Positions 12,128 through 25,149 of a stretch of 47,518 bases of DNA are shown here, in pieces. Source of the DNA: Octopus bimaculoides (Eukaryota). Position 1 is the stretch's first letter. The number at the start of each line of letters is the position of its first letter. The stretch covers positions 101,711,839 through 101,759,356 of the forward strand of contig NC_068982.1 in the NCBI RefSeq assembly GCF_001194135.2, read 5' to 3'. Under the pieces are notes generated by a model. The model saw nothing but the letters and a program-made list of their open reading frames with translations, made no database searches and was not told the origin of the DNA. Made by a program: the position numbers and the translations under genes.

Positions 12128-12712
12128 TCGCAATTTCAGTTACTTTTCGGTAGTTATATGTAGCTCTTTATATACTGAGTTCAGATCCTCCCAAGGTCGG
12201 CCGAGAATTTCACTCTTCTGGATATTGATAAAATAAGCAGGTAGCCAAGTACTGTTGTCTATATTATTAAGTCTTTGACTTCTCACCGATTTCCCATTTT
12301 TATACTTATGTTGGAAATAACATACATCATTAACATTGCTCGACAATTAAATGAAAATCAAGACTACTTCTTTCTCTGCATCTTTTTTTTTCATCGATCT
12401 AAAGTACGAGTCCTAAATTGAGAATGTAACAAGAATTCACTAATTTGAAAGAGTCGATTGAATTGATACCTGTAGTTAGCGAGTACTTATTTTGTCGATT
12501 ACTGATGAATAAAAGAGCTTATTTTAATAAGCATTTCAACTTCCAACTTCCAACACTGCAACTTTTGTTTTGTTAGGTGCGTCTCGCAGATTAGTTTTCA
12601 TTACCTTTCTAATGATAATTACTAGTTTGATTTCAGAAGAAAACGCCTGCAGTTTATTTAACTGACACACTTAGTCGGAACGGGTGAAGCGTCCTTGACT
12701 CTGTATTGTTAG

Positions 12713-12817
12713 AGTCTTGGAGAATTTTGGAGTTAATGGAGAAACCTATCACAAAAATGGAAATTGGCCCAAATGTTCGCAACAGATTGAACATTGCTCT
12801 CGGCAGTCAATGATCAG
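12713..12817 (+). CDS. Candidate exon (R-VLENFGVNGETYHKNGNWPKCSQQIEHCSRQSMIR); alternative acceptor at 12637
   Basis: Acceptor ttgactctgtattgttag, donor CAG|gtaacg, 105 nt open in the phase 2-2 frame. Confidence 0.3.
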
Positions 12818-13077
12818 GTAACGTTATCACACCGGACTGATAATGTGTACCACCCAACCACAAAATATTTCACAACACAAAGAGCTGGACCAAATATCAT
12901 TCAAGCAACTGCACTAATCCATCGTCCTGAAGAACTATTTCTATTTACCGATACCTTAAGGACGAACGGCACAGGTGACCACTAACCGGATCTGAACTAA
13001 GAAAGTAGAGAGACCGAGAAAAAAAAAGGAGAGAGAAACGCAACGCATTACTATCTCACCAACTTAAAACTGTTCGG

Positions 13078-13131
13078 TAATTAAAGTAATTTCTTACTTC
13101 AACATAATTAAAGTAATTTCTTACTTCAACA
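13078..13131. repeat. Perfect 27-bp tandem duplication
   Basis: taattaaagtaatttcttacttcaaca twice. Confidence 0.95.
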
Positions 13132-13256
13132 TAAGACCACAAGTAGAAACGATGTAAATATTTTAAGAGTAGTGTATTAAACTATGTGACTGAAATGAAT
13201 TTCCTTCAATCAAGCAAGAATTTGCTTCTATCCTCCCATATTTAGTGACTTCTCAT

Positions 13257-13612
13257 TGTGGAGGCGCAATGGCCCAGTGGTTAGGGCAGCGGACTCGCTG
13301 TCATAAGATCGCGGTTGCGATTCCCAGACCGGGCGTTGTGTGTGTTTATTGAACGAAACCACCTAAAGCTGCACGAGGCTCCGGTAGGGGATGGTGGCGA
13401 ACCCTGCTGTATTCTTTCACCACAACTTTCTTTCACTCTTGTTTCTGCTGTGCCTGTAATTCAAAGGGCCAGCTGTGTCACGTTGAATATCCCCGAGAAC
13501 TACGTTAAGGGTACACGTGTATGTGGAGTGCTCAGCCACTTCCACGTTAATTTCACGAGCAGGCTGTTCCGTTGATCGGATCAACTGGAACCCGCGACGG
13601 TGTGCCAACAAC
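13257..13612 (+). mobile_element. Full-length tRNA-derived SINE family C with 13-bp TSD
   Basis: tRNA-like head ggcccagtggttagggcagcggactcg...gcgattccc; TSD agtgacttctcat at 13244-13256 and 13613-13625; close homologue at 28116. Confidence 0.93.
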
Positions 13613-14963
13613 AGTGACTTCTCATAGCAATAAAGGCCTACACACATTATGCGTAGTGTAAAACTGTTTAAATCTACAGATCCGCGTCATATCAAATTCA
13701 GCTTTGACATACGTGGGATTTGAACACAGGACGTAAATGTATGCAGCGTGGAATTGTACATAATCTAATTAAGAACGGCTTATGAATTCTTAGAAATCTG
13801 CTGTCTTGTAACCAATGTTAATGCATAACAGTATCATAATCCTCAGAGGTCCGTTAATTGAAGGATATCTATAATTTGTTAATTGGACTGTTGCCATTTA
13901 TACACGAATGCAAGCCAACTGGTTTATATTTTAAGATTATATTTGAACGTTAAATATTAAAAGAATCGACATTTGGTTAATAACATGCTCCCATCTTTTA
14001 CGTTCGCAATTTCTTATCTCCCCTTTCTCCTCCTTACTCATTTTAACCTTCATGTAACGATTTTCATTTAGTATATACATATATAATGAGTAGAATTTTC
14101 TATTTCGCCGCATGATGTTGATGGAAATTAGTAGTACGGTAATACATATTTCATTTTAATGTCCCTAAATCTACCAAAATGTCTTATCCTGATTAGAGGT
14201 TCCGGTGAACGTAGAAGTGGATGTTCGAGAGAGCTGCATATTATAAAGGCAGTCATCTTTATATTCAGCAATAAATAATATTGTTCAAATACATAACACA
14301 TATCCTAATTTTATTGACACTGAACAGCAAGCCATTGTATCTATCACAATAACAGTAGTTATTACCTCGTTTGATATGCAATTTCATATAAAATCATTTC
14401 TTCGAAGGTGAAGAATGCACCTTCAGTGAGTGGCAATCTCAACTGTGTATGCGTGTGCGTAAGAGGGCGAGTGTTTGTACGCTTCCTTGTATGGGTGTAT
14501 GCATATGTTTGTGTGCAAATGTATAAATATATACATAAGTACATACATATTGTATGGAGGACAATCAACAATACCTATGATAAGCAATACATATTTATTA
14601 ATATATTGGGATTTTGAACTTCACAGCTCTTTTATTCATGTTCTATATCTGCAGGGGACAATAATAAAATAGAATGTTTTGTCATTCTAACTCCTTAGAT
14701 GACATTTTGCAGTTACTTGGTCTGTAATTCTTGTCAATAATTGAAATTCTTTTGTGTTTCTGGAACAATGAGATTTTTGGTCAGTGTCTGTTACCTGTGC
14801 GTCACTGATGTCTTTATGATCATAGCAAGCTGTCGTGGCACCTCATAAATTTTAATCTAGTTGTAGAGTATAGTTATGTAGTAATTCTTGCGTCGTGGTC
14901 TGCATTTCAAAACTAACCTGCTACTCTTTTTTTAGATACTTATTTAGCTTTATCAATACTTAC

Positions 14964-15025
14964 GAAATCCTGTGTAATTGCAATATATACTGACCAGACA
15001 AACTGCCGCATAATCTTCTCATCCA
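14964..15025 (-). CDS. Candidate exon (DEKIMRQFVWSVYIAITQDF)
   Basis: Consensus donor TTC|gtaagta, acceptor ccttgccgctaag with an in-frame TAA in the intron side, 62 nt open. Confidence 0.2.
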
Positions 15026-15111
15026 CTTAGCGGCAAGGTTTGGAATATTGTATAACAATTGTACATGAACCGGATTTGGCGAAGATTTCATGTTAAGAAA
15101 GAAATATCCAG
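14998..15111 (+). other. Candidate exon with strong donor but a stop in every frame
   Basis: Donor CAG|gtaaga at 15111; acceptors at 14997 or 15030. The phase-1 frame reads DKLPHNLLIHLAARFGILYNNCT(TGA)TGFGEDFMLRKKYP. Confidence 0.2.
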
Positions 15112-16396
15112 GTAAGAAACAGTGAAGTCTTATAAGCAATCTCATTCTAAGCAGCAACGAGATTTGTTGGAGTATTTAAATGAAGGCTACTAATTCTGCG
15201 CAAATGAACTGTTTCGATTAATAAGCTGACCGAATAAGATAATAATACTGTTGAAATGTCATCATTCTTCATCGAAAAATATAATTCTGATTGGTACTGA
15301 TTGTTATGATGGTGGAAATAATGGTTGGCGAAGGGGGCGAAATATCCTGTTGCTTTCTGAAATAGATGATTTTAATTCAATGGGATTACGCGTGTGTATT
15401 AGAATAAGCTATTTAATCATGCATCTGAACAATCTGTGAGATAAAAGCGGAAAATTGTTGCTGGTAGGGAAAACACAATTGATATATTCACGAACTACGC
15501 ATAAGGAAACTAATCAATACAACTGATGCTATCGTAAAGCAAACCAGCATTTATCTTCGAGTTTTCTGGCTGATAAGCATAACGTTTACATGAATATATT
15601 TCCTAACCTTATAATCCAAATAAAATAAATTTTTACTGAGCGAACCAGACCTTTGGCTTCTTGATACCTGCCATAACGAAAAACACTCTATGAATGATAA
15701 ATGTATACAATTGAGAATATATTTCAAACTAATAACTAGATAATTTATTCCTTAGCTAACGTGTCGTGATATTATAATGTCAAATGATGCAGTGCATTTG
15801 CAGACCCGCTGCTTTGGACAGTGTTAAAGAAATAGGACTCATACATTGGCTGTAATTTCAGATGTCTAAAGTTTTTAGACAATAATAAACTCACGATGCA
15901 TTTGGGTTCAGATCTGCTGCAGTAATTTGTGTGTGTAGGATGGTGTAGCGTATGTATGTTTGTTGGGGATGGGTGGGTGTTTGTGTATGTATGTGTGCGT
16001 GTATGTTGTCTGGAGCAGATCTAGGCAGTATATTTAACCTAACTGTTTAGAATAGATAACAGATTTGCAAATATACTTTGGCTTGTCCACAAAGATAATC
16101 CCCATCTCCTTGATAGTTCATCAAAAAACATTCTTCACTCTATATGAATAACCCTCACCAGCAGTTTTAGATTTACTGGCGCGCACACACACGCGCGCGC
16201 AGATTTATACGCATATATATATGTATGAATATACACATACCTACGCGCGCGCGCATGAGAGAGTGAGAGAGAGATGCTTGTGCTAGCCAGTGTATGTTAT
16301 TTCCTTTTCTAAGCCAAACATCTAGTAAGTCTTTGAACCACTGTTTTGTTTTGCCACATGTTCGATAGCTATTGGCAGACATATCAGAGACAAATA

Positions 16397-16764
16397 TTTC
16401 CTTTACTTGTTTCAGTCATTGGACTGCAGCCATGCTGGTACAACGGTTTTTAGAGTTAGACAGACAAATCAACTCCACCAATTATTTTAAGTCATGTACT
16501 TAGTCATTCTGTCGACTAATTTGCTGATTCGTTAACATCAACAAACCAACACTTATTCTCAATCAGTTTTGGGACAAACACAAACACAAGATCATACACA
16601 AATACACACACACACATACGACAGGCTTCCACACAGTTTCCTTCTACCAAATTCACACAGACAGTATTAGTCAGCCTGGGGCTATTGTAAAATACACTTG
16701 CTCAAGGTAGCAGAAACAGCGTGGTCGACAAGCAAAATTCTCAACCACATAGCCATGTCTGCGC
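16397..16764 (-). mobile_element. Decayed full-length SINE family B
   Basis: 3' tail, internal (CA)n and tRNA-like head (…atagccatgtctgcgcc) in the same order as the copy at 20418. Confidence 0.8.
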
Positions 16765-17381
16765 CTATGATAGAAAGTTGAATGATGTTCATCATACCAT
16801 CTATAATGAGTGATACTCCGAATAACAACAACCATACGAAACGAACGTTGAGAAACTTAGAACCAGGCAAAACATGCTGGTATAAATCATAGACAGTGAC
16901 TCAAGCTGTAGTAATTGAATTATAACCATTTCATTCATGATATTCAATGAAGCAGAAAAATAATACGAGTATCATTCCCTTTAATCTCATGTCTTACTCA
17001 GTTTTTTTTTAAATTTTAATCTCACAAAGGTCAGCGTAGCCACACATAGGTTACAGAGCGATAAACTAAAAACCAGATACTGGTCAGATTTCTATTTGGA
17101 TAGTAGAGCCCTAACATGGTCACACGCCACTGGCTGAAATTACCAAAATAATAAAACACTGAATCTAATTGAGTTGTATAAATATGCTACTTTTCTGAAT
17201 AAAATAAAATCAATATTTATTATATTAGTATTATTTCAATTTTCTGTTATTCAAGCTGGAATTTTGGTTAATAAAGATGGAGTTATCCCAAATTTAATAA
17301 TGTTAAAGGAATGTAGAATGCATAACACTATTAAATTACAATAGATATTGTACAAGTTACAATACAAAAGCACATCAGACG

Positions 17382-17472
<91 letters not shown>

Positions 17473-17545
17473 CAGAGAGAGACAGAGAGACAGAGAGAGA
17501 AAGAGAGAGAGACAGAGAGAGAGAGACAGACAGACAGACAGAGAT
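17382..17545. repeat. (TA)n plus (GA)n/(GAGACA)n microsatellite
   Basis: Direct reading. Confidence 0.95.
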
Positions 17546-17679
17546 ATGTAATGAATATGTTTATATACATACATACATGTAGGACATGAGCACATTGTTC
17601 TCAATCCAGTCGCCAAAATGTTTATGTTCTAGGAAGTTGTGTGCGAGCAACATTAAATTTGCGAATGCTAAATGCATAA

Positions 17680-17746
<67 letters not shown>

Positions 17747-17762
17747 CGATGATGATGATGGC

Positions 17763-17803
<41 letters not shown>

Positions 17804-17805
17804 CA
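17680..17805. repeat. (GAT)n trinucleotide repeat
   Basis: About 40 units; the source of the spurious poly-D, poly-H, poly-S and poly-I ORFs. Confidence 0.97.
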
Positions 17806-19066
17806 GCAGCAACAACAAAAGCAGTAAGGAGAAGTAGAAGAAAAAAACAACAATAACAACGACAATAATATTTAATGTATTGAAGGCACGCACTGAATAA
17901 AGGGAGTAAATGCAACCACTGTGTTCTTGTTCGTGGTCGGCTTATAATTCTTGCGTAATTCAACTGATTTCATTTACTCATTCGAATCTTTTACGTCAGT
18001 AGTGTTCTTTAAAAAATTGGAAAGGTCACGCAGTTTCATTTCCTGTCTCCAACACATTCACCGCTTTATGTCCAGCTAATTAATATTTAATTACAATATT
18101 ATCATTTGAATACTTGGTGAAATTAATGTGTTAGCATTTAGAGTATCGGTCTTTAGGCGATTATTAATAGCTGCATTTGTATTTCATGTGTTAGTATTTA
18201 GTATACTCTATAATTAAAACTGTTATTCTGATTACAAGATTACGTTTTTGAATTCTTAAAACTTCAGTCTGTTAAATCTTTCTTCAAAATTTGCATTCGC
18301 TGACAGTTTGGTTGCTGTTTATAGATGTAAAGTTAAATAACTTATATACATACCGAAAATTTCCCCGTAAAACTTGGAATAACTAACAACGATAAGAGAA
18401 CTGAGATTATGAATGAAGATTTGATAAATCTGTTTATGCTGTATTATATATATCAACGTAAAGGTAGAAACGGTTAGGTTTAAGAATAGCGAAAAATTCA
18501 TCGAATTAGGGTACGACTTGCCTAATTATTTCAATTACATTTGCAAATTATTAATGGTTTTGCAATAGCCAGTTATTTCTTAGGAGAAAAAAACAGATTA
18601 TCTACGTTGATGTCACTCTTGCTATCAAAATTACTGACTTCAACAGCGTGGTCTAGAATACGAGATTTTTACGGTGGACTGCCTTGAAAAAAGAAGAAAT
18701 TCATGACCGCCCGTACTTCAATTTTACCAAAATCCACTGTAGGAGCTGCCATCATGCGTTAAATCTGTAAAAACAAAAGCATATATATATTGATGCCATC
18801 ATGATTTTTGGCTTATTTTTTCCTAAGTATTTGTCCTACTTTCCTTGTAAAGGTAACAGCTCTACTCTTCGCAATACGCTTAAAGCCAGGAATTTGTCAG
18901 CACTCCCTCGTTTTCTTATTATTTTGGTAATTTCAACTATAAAAAAACTGGAACACACTGAACCATGATGTAGCTGAGCTGGACGGGCCATTAGTGATAT
19001 CGTTGCATGATCATCATTATAACATGTAAGAAAGAACTGTTAAAAAGAACGTTTTATACAACTCAG

Positions 19067-19154
19067 TGGAAATTACTGGAAAGAAACACCAGATGAAATG
19101 GACTGAGAATCTACTGCTACTGTCATCTAGAAGCAGCTATTATACAATTTATCG
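19067..19154 (+). CDS. Candidate exon (V-EITGKKHQMKWTENLLLLSSRSSYYTIYR)
   Basis: Acceptor gttttatacaactcag, consensus donor TCG|gtaagt; only the phase 1-2 frame is open. Confidence 0.25.
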
Positions 19155-19299
19155 GTAAGTAACGGTAGTCTTCCAGAAAGCTACACATGATGTCATTCCT
19201 CAGTAGAATTACTTGTAAACAAAAGTTTTCTATCATACAAATATAGTGAACTTAGAAATCAATTATTCTTTAATTGATTTAATTGAGAGACATATATAT

Positions 19300-19329
19300 A
19301 TATACATATGTATATATATATATATATGT

Positions 19330-19369
<40 letters not shown>

Positions 19370-19397
19370 GTGTGTGTATACACACATACACAAACAC

Positions 19398-19437
<40 letters not shown>

Positions 19438-19715
19438 CAATGTTATGTAAACCTGTTTTCAATGAGTGGGACGTATTTATTCAATGAAGAAAATTTAGTT
19501 CCTTGCCTTAAAAGCAGATTGTTTAGAAGTTGAACAACAATGAAGGTGTTCATGTATGTATGTATGTATGTATGTATGTATGTATGAATGTATTTATGTA
19601 TGTATGTATATATGTGTGTATGTATGTATGCATGTATGTATGGATGGATGGATGTGTGCGTGGGTATGTTTGTGTGTGTGTATGTATATGTGTGTGTGTT
19701 TGTGTGTGTGTGCAT
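19300..19715. repeat. Microsatellite cluster (TA)n, (TG)n, (TATG)n
   Basis: Direct reading. Confidence 0.9.
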
Positions 19716-20281
19716 GTACGTATAGAAGCATCAATGCTTCTTCTACAGATAGATATGGACACACACAGGCATGAATCTCATTGCATATGTGATTCTCCTA
19801 ACACGCTGAACTTCTTCAATGTTTTACATTTTAAGACAGTACTTTGATGGCTTGTATCTGTAATTTTTTAATAGACATGTTCTTTTTTAGCATTGTGTAA
19901 CCAAGCTTCTAAAGATAGTATTAAGGCCTTAGTTAATATCAAAATACTCTTATAATTACTAGTACAAATCTAAAGCCATGATTCGGATAGTGTAACAACA
20001 GATTTCTCATCGTTTCTAGATAGATGCATTTATTTTCACTAATCTTTAGCATTATTTTAACATCTGATGGTTTACTGACTTCCTCTATAAATAAAACTCT
20101 TCCAAATCATTCCAAATCTCGTCTGTTATGCATGCGTTCAGATAAAATCTCAAGAAGAACATCCCATCAATATTCTTTCATACTATACGTAATTGTTCTC
20201 TCCACAAGTAACTCCAATCTTATTTTTCCCACGAATTTTGTTTTGTAATGCATATGTGTGTGCTTGTGTGTGTATGTGTGT

Positions 20282-20320
<39 letters not shown>

Positions 20321-20417
20321 CGCGCGCGTATGTCTATGTGTATGTAGGTATGTAAATATATGAATATACATCTATGTATATCTGCCTGTCTGTCTGTATG
20401 CATGTAGGTATGTATAC

Positions 20418-20662
20418 TTTAGTTTATTTGACTGCAGCTATGCTGGAGCACCACCAGGATTTATTCTCAGTAAGACTATTATTCTATCGGTATCTTTTGC
20501 CAAACCGCTAGTTTACGGGTACATAAACACACCAGCATCGGTTGTCAAGAAATGGCGAGGGAACAAACACAGAAACACACACTCACACACACACACACAC
20601 ATACACACACACACACTCACACACACACACACACACACACANNNNNNNNNNACACACACACA

Positions 20663-20704
<42 letters not shown>

Positions 20705-21050
20705 TACACAAACACATAGATAGATGAGAGACATATTCTCCGTATAGAACACAAGTCGGACCTTTTTATCTGTAAACATTTTTGTATTAAGTGTATTTAA
20801 TATTTTTTATATATCAACGTGCCTAGCTTGCTTATCCTTACATTTACTCTTACAGCCCCCACCCCCACAAACACACAAATGTATATATACGACGGGCTTC
20901 TTTAAGTTTCTGCCTACCAAATCCACTCACAAGGTTTTCGTCGGCCCGAGGCTATAGTAGAAGACACTTGCCCAAGGTGCCCTGGTGGGACTGAACCCGT
21001 AACCTTGTGATTGGGAAGCAAGCTACTTACCCCACAAGTACAACTGCGCC
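20418..21050 (-). mobile_element. SINE family B, full length with expanded internal (CA)n
   Basis: Tail segment 20418-20575, (CA)n, then gacgggcttctttaagtttc...gggactgaacccg...caactgcgcc (tRNA-like head on the minus strand). Confidence 0.88.
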
Positions 21051-21639
21051 TCCATGTATGCATGTATGTATGTATCTATGTATGTATGTATGTATGTGTG
21101 TGTGTGTGCTTTGTATGTATGCATATGTGTGCTTTACTCCTAGATTTCTTTCGCCAAAGAAGAAAGCGTTGATTAGTAACCTAGATCAAAGCAACCCATT
21201 GGAATTTTAAGAACATCAAAAGGGTTATTGTGCATGTTTGTGTTTTTATGTGCAGGTGGTTGGAATCGTGCAGGTACCCTGATCTTACTGGCACAGCCTT
21301 CGTTTTGTGTTTTATACATTAAGACATACATATAAGTGCATGTCTGGACACATGCATATGAACTCTTACGCTTAACTTTTGGATAGATTTGCATATTTTG
21401 ATAGTTCTATTAAAGGTTTGCATCTAAGGTATACTTGCTTGCATGTATGTTGTTTTTATGCATGTTTATGTTGTTGAGCACAGTTGAAAATAAGTAAATT
21501 AGCGAAATTTGCTATGTGTCAATTTAGATCTTGAAAAATATTAGGAAGATATGGTTCTAACTGATAAAATACTTGTTACTTTTCTCATTGTTTCCTTAAG
21601 TGTTGAACCAATTTCTTAAAAATGTATATAAACATACAC

Positions 21640-21650
21640 ACGGACATACA

Positions 21651-21684
<34 letters not shown>

Positions 21685-21805
21685 CATACATACATACACA
21701 CATGCATACACACATACATACATACATACATACATACATACATACACACATACATACATACATACATACATACATACATACATACATACATACGTACATA
21801 CATAT
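21640..21805. repeat. (TACA)n microsatellite
   Basis: Direct reading. Confidence 0.96.
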
Positions 21806-21997
21806 ACGAGTGGATAATCACAGAATATAGTACCCGCAATGTTTATTGACGTGTCAGCAAGAAAAGAATACTTATTTTATCTTACTTCATTGAACCACTT
21901 TTATGGGTTTAGTGTATGTGTGTGGTGCATTTGTGTATGTGAATACACACACACATACACACATACGTGACAATAAATGAGAGAGGAGAGAGATTGG

Positions 21998-22043
<46 letters not shown>

Positions 22044-22263
22044 TTATGCATATGCATTGAAACACATTTATGTACAAAACATAGATATACATCTTCTTAC
22101 ATCCACTTGAAGGCAGTCTTGCCTCTTTTGTTCTTTTCTTCCTTTGCCTTTCGCATGTTATTTTCTTCATTTACACATTCTTTCTTTCTTTCTGACAAAA
22201 CAATATTAATTATAAACCAAAAGTTGTATGTAGATGACGCCACTTGAGTAATGCCTACTCCGT

Positions 22264-22391
<128 letters not shown>

Positions 22392-22658
22392 CATTCTTTC
22401 TTAGTTTGTCTACCCCAAAACATTCAAGAAAAAAAACGAAAGAAGGATAGGAAAAGAGAAAAACGAAAGGAAAAATATCCCCGATAAAACACATTTTCCC
22501 ACTTCGTTCTCGAGCTTCATCTCGGATTTTATTAATGTTTTCTTGTTGTCTTGTACCCTGCTTATTTTCTCGAGGCGCTATATAGGTCATTGTAGAAGGT
22601 TTAATGCATACTAAGATTGTTCTAATTTTAGACATCAGACATTGTATGGAATTCTTAC

Positions 22659-22701
22659 AAATAGCAAGGGCCACAAAGTGCCCTGTTTGCATCTTGTTCA
22701 T
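22659..22701 (-). CDS. Candidate exon (MNKMQTGHFVALAI, or DEQDANRALCGPCYF in another frame)
   Basis: Acceptor gaggttcttatag, donor TTT|gtaaga, 43 nt. Confidence 0.2.
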
Positions 22702-23075
22702 CTATAAGAACCTCAGCGCTTTTGACAGTGACAAGATCCCCAATTGATCTTAACATATTCAGAAGGAGAAAAAAATAAATATGACAAAAATTCTTCCGAC
22801 ATCAATTGATTGTATAATCTAATTCGAAATACAGCCTCTTTTCTATAAAATAAAGAAGAAAACACTCAACACGTACTATTTTTATTATGTTGAATCACGA
22901 GGAAAACGAAATGCTGCTTTTCTTCAAAGAACTGAGAAAGCTGAAGAGTGAGCTAATATTGTTTATTTTGCCTCGAACTGTTGCAAGACTTAATCTACAA
23001 AAGAAGAGTAAAATCATTTATTGCATTCACCTGAATAAATCTTATTTAGTATTCTTGACTTGCCAGGAAGCTCAC

Positions 23076-23100
23076 CTGCTATGAATTTTCAAGGGAATTT
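23076..23100 (-). other. Candidate 25-nt micro-exon
   Basis: Strong acceptor ccttcgttttgtgttttacaattcaccag and donor CAG|gtgagc. Confidence 0.3.
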
Positions 23101-23459
23101 CTGGTGAATTGTAAAACACAAAACGAAGGTAGTGCCAATAAGCACACAAATGGACTTTGTAGTTAGACTGAGGGAATGGTAGGATCACAATTGAAGAACG
23201 GATACTGTGTAGAGCGTATTGAAAGCCTGCCAGAATGAATATCAGCATTGATTAAAATATACATGAATTATATGAAAAATAATAAATAAATAACTATATG
23301 TAAGTTATGCTTTATTTTTATATACATTATCAATTTTTACCAACGCATGTATATTTATACTTATGTGTGTGTGCGTCTGTCTATCTGTTTGCCAGTCTGT
23401 TTCTATTTATGTATATCTGTATGTATGTATGTATGTATGTATGTATGTATGTATGTATA

Positions 23460-23694
23460 CTCTTACTATTTACTCTTTTACTTGTTTCAGTCATTTGATT
23501 GCAGCCATGCTGGAGCACCGCCTTTAGTCGAGCAAATCGACCCCAGGATTTATTCTTTGTAAGCCTAGTACTTATTCTATCGTCCTCTTTTGATGAACTG
23601 CTAAGTTACGGAGACGTAAACACACCAGTATTTATTGTCAAGCGATGTTGGGGGTGGGCAAACACAGACACACAAACACACACACGCACACACA
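23460..23694 (-). mobile_element. SINE family B 3' half, running into microsatellite and gap
   Basis: Same tail sequence as the copy at 9812. Confidence 0.9.
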
Positions 23695-25149
23695 NNNNNN
23701 NNNNNNNNNNNNNNNNNNNNNNNNNNNNNNNNNNNNNNNNNNNNNNNNNNNNNNNNNNNNNNNNNNNNNNNNNNNNNNNNNNNNNNNNNNNNNNNNNNNN
23801 NNNNNNNNNNNNNNNNNNNNNNNNNNNNNNNNNNNNNNNNNNNNNNNNNNNNNNNNNNNNNNNNNNNNNNNNNNNNNNNNNNNNNNNNNNNNNNNNNNNN
23901 NNNNNNNNNNNNNNNNNNNNNNNNNNNNNNNNNNNNNNNNNNNNNNNNNNNNNNNNNNNNNNNNNNNNNNNNNNNNNNNNNNNNNNNNNNNNNNNNNNNN
24001 NNNNNNNNNNNNNNNNNNNNNNNNNNNNNNNNNNNNNNNNNNNNNNNNNNNNNNNNNNNNNNNNNNNNNNNNNNNNNNNNNNNNNNNNNNNNNNNNNNNN
24101 NNNNNNNNNNNNNNNNNNNNNNNNNNNNNNNNNNNNNNNNNNNNNNNNNNNNNNNNNNNNNNNNNNNNNNNNNNNNNNNNNNNNNNNNNNNNNNNNNNNN
24201 NNNNNNNNNNNNNNNNNNNNNNNNNNNNNNNNNNNNNNNNNNNNNNNNNNNNNNNNNNNNNNNNNNNNNNNNNNNNNNNNNNNNNNNNNNNNNNNNNNNN
24301 NNNNNNNNNNNNNNNNNNNNNNNNNNNNNNNNNNNNNNNNNNNNNNNNNNNNNNNNNNNNNNNNNNNNNNNNNNNNNNNNNNNNNNNNNNNNNNNNNNNN
24401 NNNNNNNNNNNNNNNNNNNNNNNNNNNNNNNNNNNNNNNNNNNNNNNNNNNNNNNNNNNNNNNNNNNNNNNNNNNNNNNNNNNTATATATACATACATAT
24501 GTGTGCGTATGTGTGTGTGTATGTATGTATATTAACCAAGATATATGCTCATGAAACTCGACATTACAACTTTATATGATCGAACCAAGGTAACTGTTCA
24601 CTGAGAGTGTACAACAACACACCAGGCAGCCTGTTCTATGCTAGATCTAATACAAACGGGTCAAATAGATCTAAAAAATATCAGAGTTATCTTGCAGGGC
24701 ATCTATATATGTAGTTAACTATTTACATCAACAGCCACTGTTGAACTAAAGACAGTTACTTGTTTAGCCATACAACATACAGCAATTATGACATTAAAAG
24801 TGGTTGATTTAAAAACGAACGGACAAACAGATAACGAAACGAAGCAATTATTTGGCATTTCAACGAGAAAAATTATCTTCAGAATCCTCTAACGGAAGAC
24901 TCTTAAATATATGAATTATATAGTTATTACCAAATACAAAGGCTTTACAGCAGATAAACCTACATGAGACAGGGAGCAGTAATTTAGTTTATCTAAACGA
25001 GATATTTTATAATTGAAAATATGCAACGAATCAATAGGTAGGTACTCACAGGAGTTTAGGTCCATATTATTTAAACAACCGAGAAGAAATATGGAATATT
25101 TTCTGCAGTGTACAATTAATATAGCGCTTATGGCGACGCTGAAGAGAAC

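Noticed and set aside
16185-16256. (CA)/(CG) alternating tracts with Z-DNA potential
   Set aside because: Ubiquitous in this window; nothing locus-specific.
17256-17344. Alternative terminal exon AGILVNKDGVIPNLIMLKECRMHNTIKLQ* in phase with the 15111 donor
   Set aside because: AAG acceptor; competes with equally plausible candidates at 18309 and 19067; no independent support.
17561-17963. Poly-Asp, poly-His, poly-Ser and poly-Ile ORFs
   Set aside because: Translations of a (GAT)n repeat; no splice or domain support.
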